Shown: in pieces, positions 61,674 through 64,000 of the stretch
How the letters are laid out: each line of letters begins with the position of its first letter
How positions within the stretch are numbered: position 1 is the first letter of the stretch
DNA from: Phaeosaccion multiseriatum
Lineage: Eukaryota; Protista; Ochrophyta, other classes
DNA length: 64,000 nucleotides
Direction of reading: 5' to 3'
NCBI GenBank assembly: GCA_965112735.1
Contig: OZ218953.1
Span: 4,588,001 to 4,652,000, forward strand
Made by a program: the position numbers and the translations under genes
Notes under the pieces: model-generated
The model's input: only the letters and a program-made list of their open reading frames with translations
Databases searched by the model: none
What the model was told of the DNA's origin: nothing

Positions 61674-63092
61674 TCCCGACCTTTCTTGGCCAGCGGAGTG
61701 GGACGGTGTTCGGAGGGGAAAGAACCCCCCCCCCTTTGCTCCTATTTCTCGTTGTTCAAAGAGAAGAACTCAACACAGAGAACCACTCTCACGACACCCT
61801 ATTGTCTCCGCCACCGTAAACAGCGATCCTCGGATCGATCCCTGGCTGTTGTCTACACGGGAAGGAACTTGTGTTGCCGTTCCCACGATTCTTCGGAAAT
61901 TGGGTCTCAATCAACAGTATACCCAAGTTTGCTCAGTTGCCTAAGAGTAATTTTTTCATTTTTTCATTTTTTCCCCTCTCCCTCCCATCCCCCCTCGGAT
62001 CCCCCTAGCCTTCGTTTGAATTACCTGTAAGGTCTCGTCCTACTTGATTTGACCTCTCGAATTCACGTGAGTGCGCGCGCAGCGCCAACTTATCTCGTTA
62101 TATTTCGAATATTCTTCTTCCCTTCTCCCTTTCGCTAACTACCTCACACTGGCCTCTCTTGGTGGGTGGAAGCTCTAGTTGCAAGTCCTCTGACTCCTCC
62201 CAAAAATGCTGCTTGATTGAGACATTGTAAGAGTCTCATCCTGATGCGCGCTGCCCTGGCCGTATCGATGGCAACAGATGCTCGAAGAGACTGCCTTGTT
62301 TGTCCTCATATTACAGGAGAGAATGGAGGAGCAGAGTCCACCCCTGCCCCGTTTGATGCAGTAGTGAGGAGAGAGAGAAGCAGCACATCTTGCGCTTGCG
62401 CTTCCTTTCCTTCTCTCTGATGGAGCGACTGGCGGCGAGGGGCAGTGGTGTCGACCCCTGACGTGCTATCGCCCACAATCTCGATAGCAGATAGCGGATA
62501 CCACGTCAGGGGTCGAGTGGTGGGCAGTGGGGGGGAAACGGCAGAGGCCAGGCACAGAGTCAACAGTGGTAGGCACTCTGCCCTGACCAGCACCATGGCT
62601 ACGCAGGGCGTTTGAAAGGGCAACAGGAAGGAAAAGGGTGAGAGGGAGGAGCATGGAGTTGGAGAGCTGGAGAGAGGAGAGATGACGGAGCAGTACAGGT
62701 GTAGAGACTGGGGTGAGAGTGAAGCTGTTGGATACCGTCAGAGCGAAGCAGCAAACTCTTCAGGCAGTGGGCTTCTCCTGCTTGCAGAGCATATGGTCAT
62801 GTGTGGAGTGAGGTGGCGCACACAGAATGAGACCGGGAAGGACTATCGCGGAGGATGGGGCCCCTGAGCAGCACTATTCGGAGCTGCCGCACCATAGCTC
62901 ACCTCTTTTAAAAAAAAAAACCCCAACAACAACTAAGAAGAAGGAAGAGAGGGTAGAATTTTTTTTTTCGCTTCTTACTGTAGTTACTTACAATACTTAA
63001 AAAATGTGGTTCGAGAAAGAAAGAGGCAAAAGTTCGCTCTGTGCGTACCAGAAACAGGTAGGATGATCTCAACACGCGAGGAGAAGGAGCCG

Positions 63093-64000
63093 TCACCGCC
63101 GGTAGTGTAGATTGGGGTTTACAGCGTCGCTCTTGGACGTCATTCTTTGCCGTGCCGCCCAGGAGGTGAACTTTTGAATGGAGGGGTCCGCCCGAAGGAG
63201 ATCGGCGCTAGCGAAGCTCAGGGCTAGTGCCATTTCGTCATGAGTGCGGTGCACACAACTATGACACGGTCTACAGATGTTTATAGTCACGCTAAGGTCC
63301 TTATCCGCAAAGGCCGCTTTCCTGCATAAGCGCTGAGAGAGTGAGAGAGAGAGAGAGAGAGAGAGGCAGAGGACCGGGGCGGGGAGGAGGGAGGGAGGCG
63401 ACAAAGACGAATGGGCCGTCCATGACTTCTCAGAGAGACGCAAAGACCAAGTGCCACTTTCCCTATCATTCTTGTTCTCTGTCTCTGTATCTCTCTCTCT
63501 TCTCTCATACCTTGTGCGTCATGCGGGGATACAAATGGTGTTTTGTCAAGGGCATCGGCCTTTCACACAGAAGACACGCTCCAATGGCAGCCAGGTCATC
63601 CTCACTTATCTCATCGTCCTCCCCGTCCGCACCTCCCCTCTCCTCTCCATCGACTTCTCCCTTGGGAAGGAAAACACGCCCGACTGCCCTGCACATATCG
63701 TCTACTAAATCATCTGATGCGAGAGAAGGGGCAGAGCAGAGCGACACGGAGGGGAGCAAGACATGTCAGCACACGCAAGGAAACCCAAGAATTCCCAAAC
63801 GACGACATCGTACCTTCCTCCTCCCCTCCCTCGATGAGACAGTCTTGTGGGAGCCAGTCCCTGAGTACCGTACGCATATCTTCAGGGGTGGAAGCCTCCC
63901 CTTGCTCCGCGGATGCAATAACTCCCTCCACGAGGGCATCGACAAGCTCTGGCTCCAGCGAGGGTAGCGTGAACCGAAGAGCTATGCCAAGAGCCTCACT
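63093..64000 (-). CDS. HNH-like / YisB-like zinc-binding domain protein, 5' end probably outside the window
   Basis: GACLLCERPMPLTKHHLYPRMTHK|RL...INICRPCHSCVHRTHDEMALA...LLRADPSIQKFTSWAARQR across the intron at ~63333-63510. Confidence 0.78.

Noticed and set aside
62306-62623. Short signal-peptide-like ORF (MVLVRAECLPLLTLCLASA...)
   Set aside because: Under 100 aa with no recognisable domain; insufficient evidence.

Overview
Intron-rich, GC-rich eukaryotic nuclear DNA with GT-AG introns full of microsatellites. A bipartite plastid-targeting motif on one gene suggests an alga with a secondary red plastid, probably an ochrophyte (inference). Left half: housekeeping-type genes (3' end of a C2-domain gene, a SAPS/PP6-regulator-like gene, transportin-3-like importin, SnoaL-domain protein, YAE1, DDX46/PRP5, a coiled-coil gene). 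Main discovery, 35.4-56.6 kb: a purine-catabolism gene cluster. It centres on one spliced ~2052-aa ORF fusing uricase, a malate synthase-like domain, OHCU decarboxylase, a beta-lactamase-fold serine hydrolase and allantoicase. HIU hydrolase, guanine deaminase and a TauD-family dioxygenase lie next to it. No recognisable allantoinase is present. The beta-lactamase-like domain sits exactly at that pathway position and is a candidate new type of allantoinase (inference). A ~6.5-7.3 kb tandem duplication created an in-frame chimera: guanine deaminase N-terminus joined to the C-terminal two-thirds of the fusion protein. The chimera keeps the OHCU decarboxylase catalytic His, which the full-length copy has lost, and one HIU hydrolase copy is a pseudogene. 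Also present: COQ7-like, UBA/coiled-coil and HNH/YisB-like genes, and several MITE-like elements, including a family with 6-bp target-site duplications. All splice models were read by eye; no database searches were run.
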